A stretch of 64,000 nt of DNA, from assembly GCF_006345805.1 (NCBI RefSeq), contig NW_021832829.1:310001-374000 (forward strand), written 5' to 3'. Shown piece by piece: positions 16,101 to 27,565 of the stretch; within the stretch, counting starts at the first letter, position 1; each line of letters begins with the position of its first letter. The notes under the pieces are model-generated. The model made no database searches, was not told the origin of the DNA, and worked only from the letters and a program-made list of their open reading frames with translations. The translations under genes were made by a program, and so were the position numbers. This stretch comes from Octopus sinensis. Lineage: Eukaryota.

Positions 16101-17169
16101 CAAAAACCCATCGTAACGACTTGATTCCAAAGGTTGTGAATAGACTGTGAAAACATAAGAACATTCTAATTGTATTGAGTATTAAAATATTTTACGTCGT
16201 TTTTTTAGTTTTTCAGAACCATTCAATGTTATATATAGAGTTTCTTGTCGGGCTTCCAGCTGTTGCCTGCACGGAAACACCATGGTTTTTTGATATTTTG
16301 AACTAAGTACTTCAATCTAGAAAAGATTAAATTTCTTTCGAAACCTGATTTAAATTCCACGATATTTTCATAACCGTATCTAAGCCAACTCTTTCACATC
16401 AATATTTATAAAGTACTTAATTTTATTGACAACTCCAATGTCATGAATTACATGGTGGAAAACGTCACAAGATCCTGGACTGAAGCACTTATGGTTCGAT
16501 TTTGTGAGTGCAAGTTCGTCAGATATACCAGCAGTCCCGTACAATTGTACAAAAACAAATTTATTTTCATTATCACCTTGGTTTCCTGTAGAAACTGTAA
16601 TTCGATAACCTCAGATGTGATTTGGTTAATTTACTTGCAAGTGAAGATTTTGCGGGATACAAGCAATGTTGTACGTAATTGTACTTGTAAGGATCTATCC
16701 AAGAACTGTTCGGAAAAATCCATGATTTTGATTTGACGAGATCTTCGATCATAATCATTTCCAACTTCCATCGATCTTCCATACTTTTCCCATGGTTCTA
16801 ATTTGTTACCGTTCATTATGTACAATTATTTTGACACATGTGATATCTTTGATCTCTTCCGATCGTATAAATATAAAGTTATTGGAATTCTTATCAAATT
16901 GAAAATATTTTTTATTATTTTTCGCAGGGAAGCAGAATGGGGGGAAATTTATTTGTTCGCCGATTATTTGAAATGTTATCTAAATAAATAAAATATAATA
17001 CCTTCGCTTTGGTTCCGGAAGAGTGCATACTATCTGTAATGACAGTGAACCTGTATTTTCTCCACTGCGAGGTAAAATAAGAACGATTCTACGTGTAGAT
17101 TTGTGTTTATATTACTTTTTTTTTCTTTAAAGACTTTTCCAAATGTTCATTCATTCGTGGTGTCTCCAT
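13103..17169 (-). CDS. Multi-PLAT/LH2 domain protein (LOXHD1-like); multi-exon
   Basis: Repeated PLAT starts YRFTVITDSMHSSGTKAK, YTIIIYTGDKIGAGTDSKVFLNIYG, YNITVYTGNHLGAGTASTVFITLYGDQGKT; DWYVNKVEI motif. Exon structure only partly reconstructed. Confidence 0.8.
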
Positions 17170-17574
17170 GGATATCTCAATATGTGTTTATGTATAATCA
17201 ATCTTTAAAAAATTATTTTTATTATTAGTATTATATTAAAAAATAACTAATAAATTTCCTTTTTTACGATTACACTATAAAATCGTTTGTTACAATTTCA
17301 GATTCAAAATATTAACTATCTATATTATTATCATAAATGATGTTAATTGCATTTGATATTTTCAATAGGAAGTCATTAAATTGAAGGCAATTTATAAGCT
17401 ATTCATGTAAATATAGATTTGCTCCGGGTTTCTCATAGTAAAAAGATAACCTTACCATTCAAAATAATTAAACATATAAACGACCGAAAACTTTAACTTG
17501 AATTAAAAAAAGATCAAAATTTTTAACCTAAAAATCGTTCTTAATAGAGTTTGTTATAAAAAAATCATTATTAT

Positions 17575-17800
17575 GTTTACGATATATATGTAGCTTGGCG
17601 GATTGCCAAACTGTTTTCCCAAATAATGGCGATCGAGAACCGTTGCATTAGCCAGTCCACCTCCCGAGGATCGTGAGTGCGCATTGAGATTTTGTATCCG
17701 AGCTTGCAGAGGAACATTTCAGTCTTTGGACCGAAAACACCCGACGTCTCCGCCGCTACCTAAAAATCTGTTTGAATATTTCGACGTTAAAAGTCGGGAA
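17575..17800 (-). mobile_element. CRE-like retroelement 3' end fragment
   Basis: Minus frame AAETSGVFGPKT...REVDWLMQRFSIAIIWENSLAIRQ. Confidence 0.7.
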
Positions 17801-18083
17801 GCCCTAAAATACAACTTTGAGAAATTATTTATCTAATTTTTTATCATAATCAGTTTTATTTTTCAATTTTTTTGAGATCAAATAGTCTCATTCTAACTAA
17901 AACAACTTATTGGCACACCTGTAGATTAATTATATTTTGTGTTTTAACAGGGCTGGTAATTCTTTGATTAGGCAAACATAAATAAAACGTTTTTAAATAA
18001 TTTTTTCTGTTAGAAATCGGTAATATGGAAACAATTTGTTGTAATATGTGTTGTTATAATAAAATACAATATCAAGTGTTTTC

Positions 18084-18748
18084 ATGGTTACGGGATATAA
18101 ATTAAATATGGTTTTATTATAATTTTTGAGCATTGATAGGAGAGACCCGGAACTTTGTTACTGAGGTCAAATTATTCAAAATACAGTAGACCAGTACTTA
18201 ACAGAATTTGGTTGAATTCTGCTATTTATCTGCAGGCATAAAGACAGAGAACAGGAACCAAAAGATTATGAAATAGACTTCACTCTTAGAAGACCTCTAC
18301 ACAGATCGACCTATAAGAGATTTTCTGATAACCAAGATTTGTCTTTCCGGACAATTTATAATACACAATGCGAAGATGTTACTTTAGCAACTGAATGTCC
18401 CTCAAACGACACTAAAAAACTTTTTGATACACAGAATATACAATACATAAATCACCATAAGTAATGCCATCAATATACTTTTAGAAATATAAATGATCAA
18501 GAACAAATAAGACGTGAGTATAATTATTTCGAAACCAATACTGAACTACAAACTACAACATACAAAAGGGATTATACTTATGAATATGATGACAAACTAG
18601 TGAATGAGGCAGATAATGTTTGATTTTTAATCATTAATAGTTTAAAATGGATGATAAATTTTACTACAAGAAGAATACACTGCTAACTTGTGGTTCAAGT
18701 CATTTAAGAAATGGAAGAAATACATGGCAGGATTGCGACGGACTTTAG
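18084..18748 (+). CDS. CFAP95: Ciliary microtubule inner protein CFAP95 (C9orf135)-like; multi-exon, absent from the ORF track
   Basis: Manual splicing gives ERPGTLLLRSNYSKYSRPVLNRIWHKDREQEPKDYEID...STYKRF...TTTYKRDY...GRNTWQDCDGL*, colinear with CFAP95 as recalled ([29 protein letters not shown]...STYRR...NTWHDESG). Start codon inferred. Confidence 0.75.
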
Positions 18749-18954
18749 TTTCGAATGAAATTAATCAATTAATTTAATAATACTTTTAAAACAACAAATT
18801 TACTAAGTAGGCATTAAATTTTCCTTACGGAGCAGGAAATAACAATTAATAAATATCCACTCTAATTCTTAAAAATGTTGTTTTGATTTTTGGAAAAACA
18901 ATAATGCTTGCTTATGAAACTTCAATTCTTTCGCTATAAACGTGAATATTTATA

Positions 18955-19430
18955 AATTCCCACGGCACGCTGCTCTGAATGATCTCATCAGAAGAGCTTT
19001 ATAAGTCGCCGGTATCCCCTCCATACTCGAACTCACTGGGATCGATTGGGAGGACGGGAAGAGACCGGACGGGATTACTGTGTTTCCCTTCAACAGAGGA
19101 AAGCCACTAGCCTGGACTCATTCTCACCGAGAACTTGCTAATGTCCGCATCCGCCCCTGGATCAATCGCCACTACTGCCGAATGTAAAAAGATGCGGAAG
19201 TACTCTTCACTTGTGGAGAAGTACTAATTCCTCCCATTCGAGGTTGAGACGTCCGGTTCTTTGGGCGAAAAGGCAATCAGCTTCGTTCAGGAGATCGGGT
19301 CTCGGATGTCGACATTCACAGGCGACGCCCGCAAATCGAGATGGTTTTTTGAGCGGATATTCCTCGCGATAGTACGCTCGAACTCTATCTCGATGGCGTC
19401 AGCCTCTCGCCCAGTAAAGCATCAGCTCTT
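18955..19430 (+). mobile_element. CRE-like retroelement 3' fragment
   Basis: PRHAALNDLIRRAL...DGKRPDGITVFPFNRGKPLAW...RWFFERIFLAIVRSNS; frameshifted. Confidence 0.75.
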
Positions 19431-19623
19431 TAATTCATTAATATAATTAACAGTAGTTAAAAATTTTATAAATTAAAGCTATTAGTTGGAAATTTTCAAG
19501 TTAAAACTAAAATAAATGACGCAATAAAACCGAATCAATAAAATTAACAAATATATTTACAACTGTAAAGTAGTCAGAACTAAGGTCGCAAAAATATAAA
19601 CAATTCAGATGTCATCAGAAAAC

Positions 19624-21333
19624 TCACATATCTGGGCAAAGAAGAAAGTTGTTGACAAAATCCAAAACAGAAATGTATTGGGAAATTGCAGAAATAAATC
19701 CCTCGATTTTTTCACGATAAAAAATCGATTCAACAAACATTTCTACAGTGGGCGGAGAATCCAGTAATATTTTGCCAATATATTCTAACCAGAAAAGATT
19801 AGTTCGTGGCTCGAAATTTTTCCAAACGTTCCTAGAACTAAATGATGACTAATACCCGTTGATCAATTTCATTCGACGATACACTTCGAACTGGAGGACG
19901 TCTTCACTGCCCAGAAAGATGTCCTCTTCATTCCCCAAGTCGCAAAATACAGCCAAACCATCTAAAACAATAAAAATATAGAAATATATACCAAATGTGA
20001 TTCTGGACAGAGTGTAGTCGATGATAGTCGTTTTGATGGAATGGTCGGATATAAACCACGTGAGATCGCTCGAATTGAGTTTCAAATCTCCCCAAACTCC
20101 CTCTTCTCTCGATATCAAAACGTTTGCGATATGCAAATCTCGATGCTCAAACTCGAAGGCGGACTCAGCAATAGCCAAACTCAGTGCCAACTGGACAAGC
20201 ACCTCATACTGCTCTTGAAATGATTCAAACTAAAAAAACAAATCAAAATCAACAAACGTGAAAATCTTCAAGACAAGTCCCGCCGTTCTCCAGCTCCAGA
20301 ATTACAAAATCTTGATTTTCCGTAAATAATTCTAAAATTATATACATCGTGATTTACCAGGATGATCGTTGCACGAGGCACCGTCGTTGTTGTAATCTTC
20401 CCACATTCTTATAAGCTCGGGAGGAAATCTCCCACGCACGAACGACGACCTAAGAAGTACGACAAAAACGCAAACCTGATAAGTTTGACGAACCCCTGAG
20501 TCATATTGACGCCAAAGTCTCTTAAATCACTCAAGTTTCTATTTCTTAATTTCAAAGGGGAAACTTGTTGATGACAATCTCGGGAATAATCTCTTCGGCA
20601 GTCTTCTGGAAGCCTCCGTTGTACTCCTCTTCTCCCCCAAATGGCATAATCTAATGATAATTAGCGATTTGACTAGACTTTTATAATAGATCCAGTTTTG
20701 GTGATAAAAACTTCAGCGAATGACCCTTCACCAATTTTTTTATCAATTTGGCCGGTCTTTAAAAAATTTTTAAAGTCAAGAACAGAATGTTGTCCACAAA
20801 GAGCCAGCATTTTGTCAGCTGGACTGATAGATTTCATCAAAATGTCTCCAAAACTAGTTTTCCGTTTCTACATTTTCAGAAATTGTATACCGAGGGTCGT
20901 TTTTGATCAAATGACTTTAAATTTTGTCCTTCGATGTATAAAGAGGGAAGCGACTCGTCCAAAAAGGGGATTTCTTCAATGTTAGTGGAATCTTTGAGAG
21001 GTTTCACGTTCGATGTGATGACTTTGCTACCTCTTTTCATTATTTCCCTCAAGCCGGTTGACTTTCTTCTATTGGCCCTAAGAATTGATTGTTGAAAACA
21101 AACCGTTTTTTTGTTTTTTGAGGAGAAATGCTCGAAGATTGAGTTAAATTTACTCCTGAATCTGATTTTTCGACAATTTCGGGTATACAATCATTCGACT
21201 TAGAAACGCAATTTTCGGATTCGGAGCCATCATCCAGACCTTCATATAAATCGAGACTGTTGATTGATTTTATTTTGCTGTTAAAAATAATCTGTTCTTT
21301 TTGACTTCCGAAACACTTGAATATTGAATACAT
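19624..21333 (-). CDS. HASPIN: Haspin-family kinase; multi-exon
   Basis: QLALSLAIAESAFEFEHRDLHIANVLI, TIIDYTLSR, EDIFLG...QFEVYRRMK, EPRTNLFWL: haspin-specific motifs after a low-complexity N-terminus. Confidence 0.85.
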
Positions 21334-22113
21334 AGGAGATTTTTACAAAGGACCAGAAAGAACAACAACAGCAATTTTAAGCCGCTATTTTATTTTATTA
21401 AAGTAAAAATTATTTTTCTAATTAAAAACTGAATTTACTCATTTTTTCAATTAATTAAAAAACTTGCTACTCCCAACAGATATCCAAAGAAAGTCGAGAT
21501 ATTATTTTTCGAAGGGAAAATAACCATTAAAATATTTAGGATAATTTAGAATAAATGACATATGTTAGTTCCCAGATCTTTAAGATTAGTTCACTTTATT
21601 TGAGTTAAATATTTACAAACAAGGGACTGTCTTTTGCGTGCTTTCCCTAAATTTCCTTAAATCATGTTAAATGAGGTAATGTTTTTTGAATATTTTATCC
21701 AGGCCAGAAAACGTGCTAGTTGAGAATTTCATTATGTTTTTTGTCAGTTAAAGGGGTTTAATTCGGGTAAAAATGATTGTAGTTTGCATTTCTTTACCTA
21801 ACATGTGGATTTTAAGTCATTACTAGGGCAACCGGAAAGTTGCTCTTAAAAATGTAAAAAATTGACCCTAAAAGTCAACTAATTGCTTTAAAAAATAAAA
21901 AAGTTGACATAATATGCATAAAAAGTTGCCCTAGAAACAGAAATTTATTTATTAAGCACAACATTAAATAATATTTAACACTAGCTCAGCAGTTCGCTTC
22001 GCTCACTGCGAGCTAGCTCCTGCGGAGGCCCTGCTCGCTACGCTCGCAGTTTCCTTAAATAACTATAATTTATGTAGATATATAAATGCGACCTGCTTTG
22101 ATATAACCTTATT

Positions 22114-22930
22114 CTAAGGCCTGTGGATAAACGATGTTTGCAGTCCGTCCATCCTTGGCAAATATAAATAAATTTCTCTTCTACCTACCCTTGAGCACCC
22201 CACATACAGCTGGCCATGTGAAAAGCACTCGTTCTCTAAAAATAAGCCTACTACCTTTAAAGACTGTCCCTGGGCCTTGTTTATTGTCATAGCAAAACTT
22301 ATCTTCAGCGGAAATTGTAGTCTCTTAAATCTATCGCAGGCCCTTTCATGGTCCATAATAACGTCGACCGATTTATATATTCTTTCTCTGCCAGGGATTT
22401 TCATTAATAAATCTAAATTTATATTAAGTACCTCATCATTAAGTGGAGCTAATATAGCTCGTTCACGCAGCCAGTCGAAATTCACGTAGTGTTCAGATAG
22501 TTCGGAATAGACGGCATTCAATAATTCTTCTGCTGTTTCTACGAAAATACATAATTCTTCCGGTAGCCTAATTTTCTGGTCGTGCATTTCTGAAGTGATT
22601 GCCCCATTTCCAATATCTAGAAGGATTTGTGGGAATATGCTATTAACGCCTAGTAAATGTGGATGTACATTTACATCTAAGCTTACCTTTTTCACGTGTG
22701 TCCACAAATATGACGATTTGAGGCAGGCATTCAATTCATCCGCAGGCGTCCCTCTTTGAATAATTGGCAGCGTCTGTCTAAAATCACCTGCCAATACAAC
22801 TAATGCTCCCCCAAACAAATGGTCGCTACAATTCTTGATATCTCTATATGTTCGGTCAACTGCTTGAATGCGCCTTTATGAGCCATCGTACATTCATCCC
22901 AAACAATTAACCTAGAATGCATAATTCTAT
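22114..22930 (-). pseudogene. Helitron PIF1-like helicase C-terminal remnant
   Basis: FGGALVVLAGDFRQTLP, RAILAPLNDEV, RLQFPLKISFAMTINKAQGQSL, FSHGQLYVGCSRVG; internally deleted. Confidence 0.9.
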
Positions 22931-23624
22931 TACCCGTAGTTGAGTCTAACAGCAGTCCTGACCTTGTTCAGCTGTTGTCTAAGTTCCCTCACCATTTAAG
23001 CACATCTTCCCTCGTTTCTCTTTTTTTGTTATATGGTTCATATTCTCTTGTTTGTTAACATTCTCAGATCTCTCTTTTAGGACATTCTTATGATTTTGTA
23101 AACGCGAATCAGTAATTTATATTAAATTTTCTACGTAAATTTATTTAGTGAAATTTATGTAAAGTGTATTATCCAATCAAAGCCATTATACTTAATTGCC
23201 TCTATGTTTAAAGGAATTGAAACTTTAGCATAATCGAACTTGTCTGTTTCGAAAGAAAATGATAATCAGCTTCATCTTTGTAGTATTATAAGGAAAAAAT
23301 TAAAGCCTGTTAAATCAAGGAGATTTAAATATAGGCAAATTGAAATTTACATGACTAATTTAAATTTTATTTGCCTCTATCTTTTAAGAAATCTAAACAG
23401 TAGCATAATCGAATTTGTCAGTTTCGGCAGTTAAAAAGAATCAATTATGTAAATCTCTAATAATTTTTGCTTTTTCCTTTTTAGTGGTTTTCAAAATCTG
23501 ATAATTGCACAGTCCATTCATGGTCGATAACAATTAGAGCTTTTATTTTATTTTTTAACGAAAATTTAACAAAAAAATTTATGTCATCGAAAAAGATAGC
23601 TAAACTAATTAATGGCCTCACGAG

Positions 23625-25540
23625 GCTTGAAGGTTGTGGAGGACCTCATCATGTGAGTCGAGGACTTTCTTGTCGTTCATTTTAACAAAAACGCAGAAAA
23701 TATTTTTTTTTATTTTTGGCTTGAAGGTTTTGGGGGACCACATCATGTGAGTCGAGGACTTTCTTGTTGTTCATTTAACAAAAACGCAGAAAATAATTTT
23801 TTTTAATTTTTGGCTTGAAGGTTTTGAGGGACCACATCATGTGAGTCGAGGACTTTCTTGTTGTAATTTTAACAAAAACGCAGAAAATAATTTTTTTTAA
23901 TTTTTTGCTTGAAGGTTTTGAGGGACCACATCATGTGAGTCGAGGACTTTCTTGTTGTTCATTTTAACAAAAACGCAGAAAATAATTTTTTTTAATTTTT
24001 TGGCTTGAAGGTTTTGGGGGACCACATCATGTGAGTCGAGGACTTTCTTGTTGTTTATTTTAACAAAAACGCAGAAAATAATTTTTTTATTTTTGGCTTG
24101 AAAGTTTTGGGGGACCACATCATGTGAGTCGAGGACTTTCTTGTTGTTCATTTTAACAAAAACGCAGAAAATAATTTTTTTAATTTTTTACCTTGAAGGT
24201 TTTGGGGGACCACATCATGTGAGTCGAGGACTTTCTTGTTGTTCATTTTAACAAAAACGCAGAAAATAATTTTTTTAATTTTTTACCTTGAAGGTTTTGG
24301 GGGACCACATCATGTGAGTCGAGGACTTTCTTGTTGTTCATTTTAACAAAAACGCAGAAAATAATTTTTTTTAATTTTTTAGCTTGAAGGTTTTGGGGGA
24401 CCACATCATGTGAGTCGAGGACTTTCTTGTTGTTCATTTTAACAAAAACGCAGAAAATAATTTTTTTTAATTTTTTGGCTTGAAGGTTTTGGGGGACCAC
24501 ATCATGTGAGTCGAGGACTTTCTTGTTGTTCATTTTAACAAAAACGCAGAAAATAATTTTTTTTAATTTTTAGCTTGAAGGTTTTGGGGGACCACATCAT
24601 GTGAGTCGAGGACTTTCTTGTTGTTCATTTTAACAAAAACGCAGAAAAATTTTTTTTTTATTTTTGGCTTGAAGGTTTTGGGGGACCACATCATGTGAGT
24701 CGAGGACTTTCTTGTTGTTCATTTTAACAAAAACAGAAAATAATTTTTTTATTTTTGGCTTGAAGGTTTTGGGGGACCACATCATGTGAGTCGAGGACTT
24801 TCTTGTTGGTCATTTTAACAAAAACGCAGAAAATATTTTTTTTTTAATTTTTTAGCTTGAAGGTTTTGGGGGACCACATCATGTGAGTCGAGGACTTTCT
24901 TGTTGTTCATTTTAACAAAAACGCAGAAAATAATTTTTTTAATTTTTTGCCTTGAAGGTTTTGGGGGACCACATCATGTGAGTCGAGGACTTTCTTGTTG
25001 TTCATTTTAACAAAAACGCAGAAAATAATTTTTTTAATTTTTTGGCTTGAAGGTTTTGGGGGACCACATCATGTGAGTCGAGGACTTTCTTGTTGTTCAT
25101 TTTAACAAAAACGCAGAAATAATTTTTTTTAATTTTTTGGCTTGAAGGTTTTGGGGGACCACATCATGTGAGTCGAGGACTTTCTTGTTGTTCATTTTAA
25201 CAAAAACGCAGAAATAATTTTTTTTAATTTTTTGGCTTAAGGTTTTGGGGGACCACATCATGTGAGTCGAGGACTTTCTTGTTGTTCATTTTAACAAAAA
25301 CGCAGAAATAATTTTTTTTAATTTTTTGCTTGAAGGTTTTGGGGGACCACATCATGTGAGTCGAGGACTTTCTTGTTGTTCATTTAACAAAAACGCAGAA
25401 AATAATTTTTTTTAATTTTTTGGCTTGAAGGTTTTGGGGGACCACATCATGTGAGTCGAGGACTTTCTTGTTGTTCATTTTAACAAAAACGCAGAAAATT
25501 GACTTGAAGGTTTTGGGGGACCTCATCATCGAGGATATTC
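23625..25540. repeat. Tandem array, ~95-bp unit, ~20 copies plus a partial
   Basis: Unit GAAGGTTTTGGGGGACCACATCATGTGAGTCGAGGACTTTCTTGTTGTTCATTTTAACAAAAACGCAGAAAATAATTTTTTTAATTTTTTGGCTT; variation mostly in homopolymer tracts. Confidence 0.95.
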
Positions 25541-25680
25541 TTTCTTATTAAAATTTTTTGACAGAGAAGGTTCTTAGAGGATATCAACCTTTTATTGTGC
25601 CTCATTATCGAATAACTACAAAAGGGAAGGTTTTGACAATTTGATCTGGTTTGTAACAATTTGAATGTGGGTGTGCACAG

Positions 25681-25720
25681 ACCACAGACAGACACACAGA
25701 CAGACAGACAGACACACACC
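25681..25720. repeat. (CAGA)n/(CA)n microsatellite near the Helitron 5' end
   Basis: accacagacagacacacagacagacagacagacacacacc. Confidence 0.8.
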
Positions 25721-26014
25721 ATACCATTTTATTATTAAGATTTTCAGGTAGGAAATTTCTATCTTTGGTTAAAATTTTGATTGGATTCCTTTGCTCTTTG
25801 TATCAATAAAGATTCCTCTTCTATACCATTACAAATATTGATGATTTGTGTTAAATTTTTGCATAATAGTCAGCAGCATTTAACCAACTGCCCCATCTAG
25901 TTACTGGGCTCGGGTGGATATCCAATTTCTGTAAATAATTGACGTCGTGAATTATTTTTGACAAGTGCTTTGACGCACGATATTAATTTATCTACCTCTG
26001 GATAACGATTTAAT

Positions 26015-26500
26015 TTATGGCCGTGCTCCCAGACACTCCGCTATCAACGAGACTATTTCGGCTGTGTTACAAGCAGCTGGATTCCCGACAGAACTGGAAC
26101 CCGTTGGGCTTGACCGTGGAGACGGTAACGCCCAGATGGAGTCACCATTTTCCCGTGGAGTAATGGGAAATGCCTCGCGTGGGACTCCACGTGCACAGAC
26201 ACCTTCTCAAAAACAATATAGTTGACTCCGCGATCAGTCCAGGCTCAGCCGCTGAAAAGGCTGAGGTACATAAAGTTCAGAAATATCCAACCTGCTGGAC
26301 AACTTCATCTTCTCCCCAATATCCGTAGAAACCCTCCGGGGTCATGAGCCAAAAATCGTTCGAACTCGTCGGGAAAATCGGAATCTGATCTCGAGAAGAC
26401 GGAGAGAGCCTCGGGAGAAGCAATGGTTGTTCCAAAGAATATCCATTGCGATCCTGAGGGGCAACGTCTTCTCGATCATCAGTAGCTTTAGATTGTGATA
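26015..26500 (+). mobile_element. CRE-like retroelement 3' fragment nested in the hAT
   Basis: GRAPRHSAINETI...EPVGLDRGDG..PDGVTIFPWSNGKCLAWDSTCTDTF; frameshifted. Confidence 0.8.
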
Positions 26501-27565
26501 ATTATTTTCGACCTCTGGATAATGTGATTTAATTCTGAAGGCACAATTATGTAATAAATGCGCCACAAAAATGCATTTGCAAGATCCACGGCAAAACAAT
26601 CAGCAGTAACCTCATTTTACTATGAGTATCCAAAGTATTATTCGTATCTGGGATTCTCAGAATATGCTTTTTAGAATGTCTGTGCTTATCAATAAACCAT
26701 TGCTATTAGCAGTTACGTAAGAATTACATAATTTGCAGAATAATTTTCCATTCAGTAAAGATGAAAACTCCTTAGGATATTTATTAACAATAGAAGAAAT
26801 TCGCTTAGTGTTGGAACTCCTGTTTTTAGGCATTGTAAAAAAGCAGTCAACAAAAATCGAAGAAACGTGCACTGTGAAATTATATTAATATTAAAAAAAT
26901 GTTATTATAAATTTTTATTACTCAATAAAATAAAAGTTGACAATAAGAGTAAAAAAGTTGCTCAATAAAATAAAAGTTGACGGTAAGAGTAGAAAATTGA
27001 CTTTGTTGCTTTTATAACTTTTTATATATACATTTTTTTATCGAAATAATTTGACTAATATCATTTTAACACTATAATTAAACAAAAAACTCAAGTTGAC
27101 TTTGTTGACTTTCGGTTGCCCTAGTCATTACATAATTTTCATAGGAACCTTAATAATTTTTTTCCAAATGAATTGGACAGCCCAAAGTTAATAAAGTCAC
27201 CTCAACAAAACTGGACAACATTATTGCATAAAAATTATCTAAAAATTCTTTTTAGGTCTACTTTTTGGTTAAACTTCCCTGTTTTGAATAAAGTTGCTTT
27301 TTGAGAAATTCAATTTTGATTTTTAGGTCAATGTTGTGGTTGCCCTACTTATGAATAGTATTCAAGCAATAATTTAATTCAATAAACTAAATAAATATGT
27401 AAGAAAACTTTTAAAATAAAACGATTTCTATAAAATAAAATAATCAAATTTCTATAAAAATAATCGCTGTAAGTCACCAATTTTAGTTGAAAACAACGGA
27501 GTCAAAAGAAAACAATTTCTATGACATATGTATTTTTTTATTTTTACTTTATTCAGCATTTTTGG

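Larger units (their letters stand above)
21981..25740 (-). mobile_element. Non-autonomous Helitron with PIF1 helicase remnant and internal tandem array
   Basis: On the minus strand the 5' end is A|TCTTAATAATAAAA (25740), followed by a (TGTC)n microsatellite; the 3' end is hairpin GCAGTGAGCGAAGCGAACTGC then CTAG|T (21981); no TSD, A/T target. Confidence 0.85.
21824..27123 (-). mobile_element. hAT-like DNA transposon (CGGBP1-like transposase remnant) hosting nested insertions
   Basis: TIR TAGGGCAACCG at 21824 and CGGTTGCCCTA ending 27123; 8-bp TSD GTCATTAC (21816-21823, 27124-27131); remnant MPKNRSS...KLFCKLCNSYV...KQWFIDKHRHSKKH at ~26650-26840. Confidence 0.85.

Noticed and set aside
23897-24533. 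Repeat protein ORFs (MNNKKVLDSHDVVPQNLQAK...)
   Set aside because: These are translations of the tandem array; the frame shifts with homopolymer length.
23625-25540. CRISPR array
   Set aside because: The sequence between conserved cores is the same in every unit (no unique spacers), there are no cas genes, and the array lies inside a eukaryotic Helitron.
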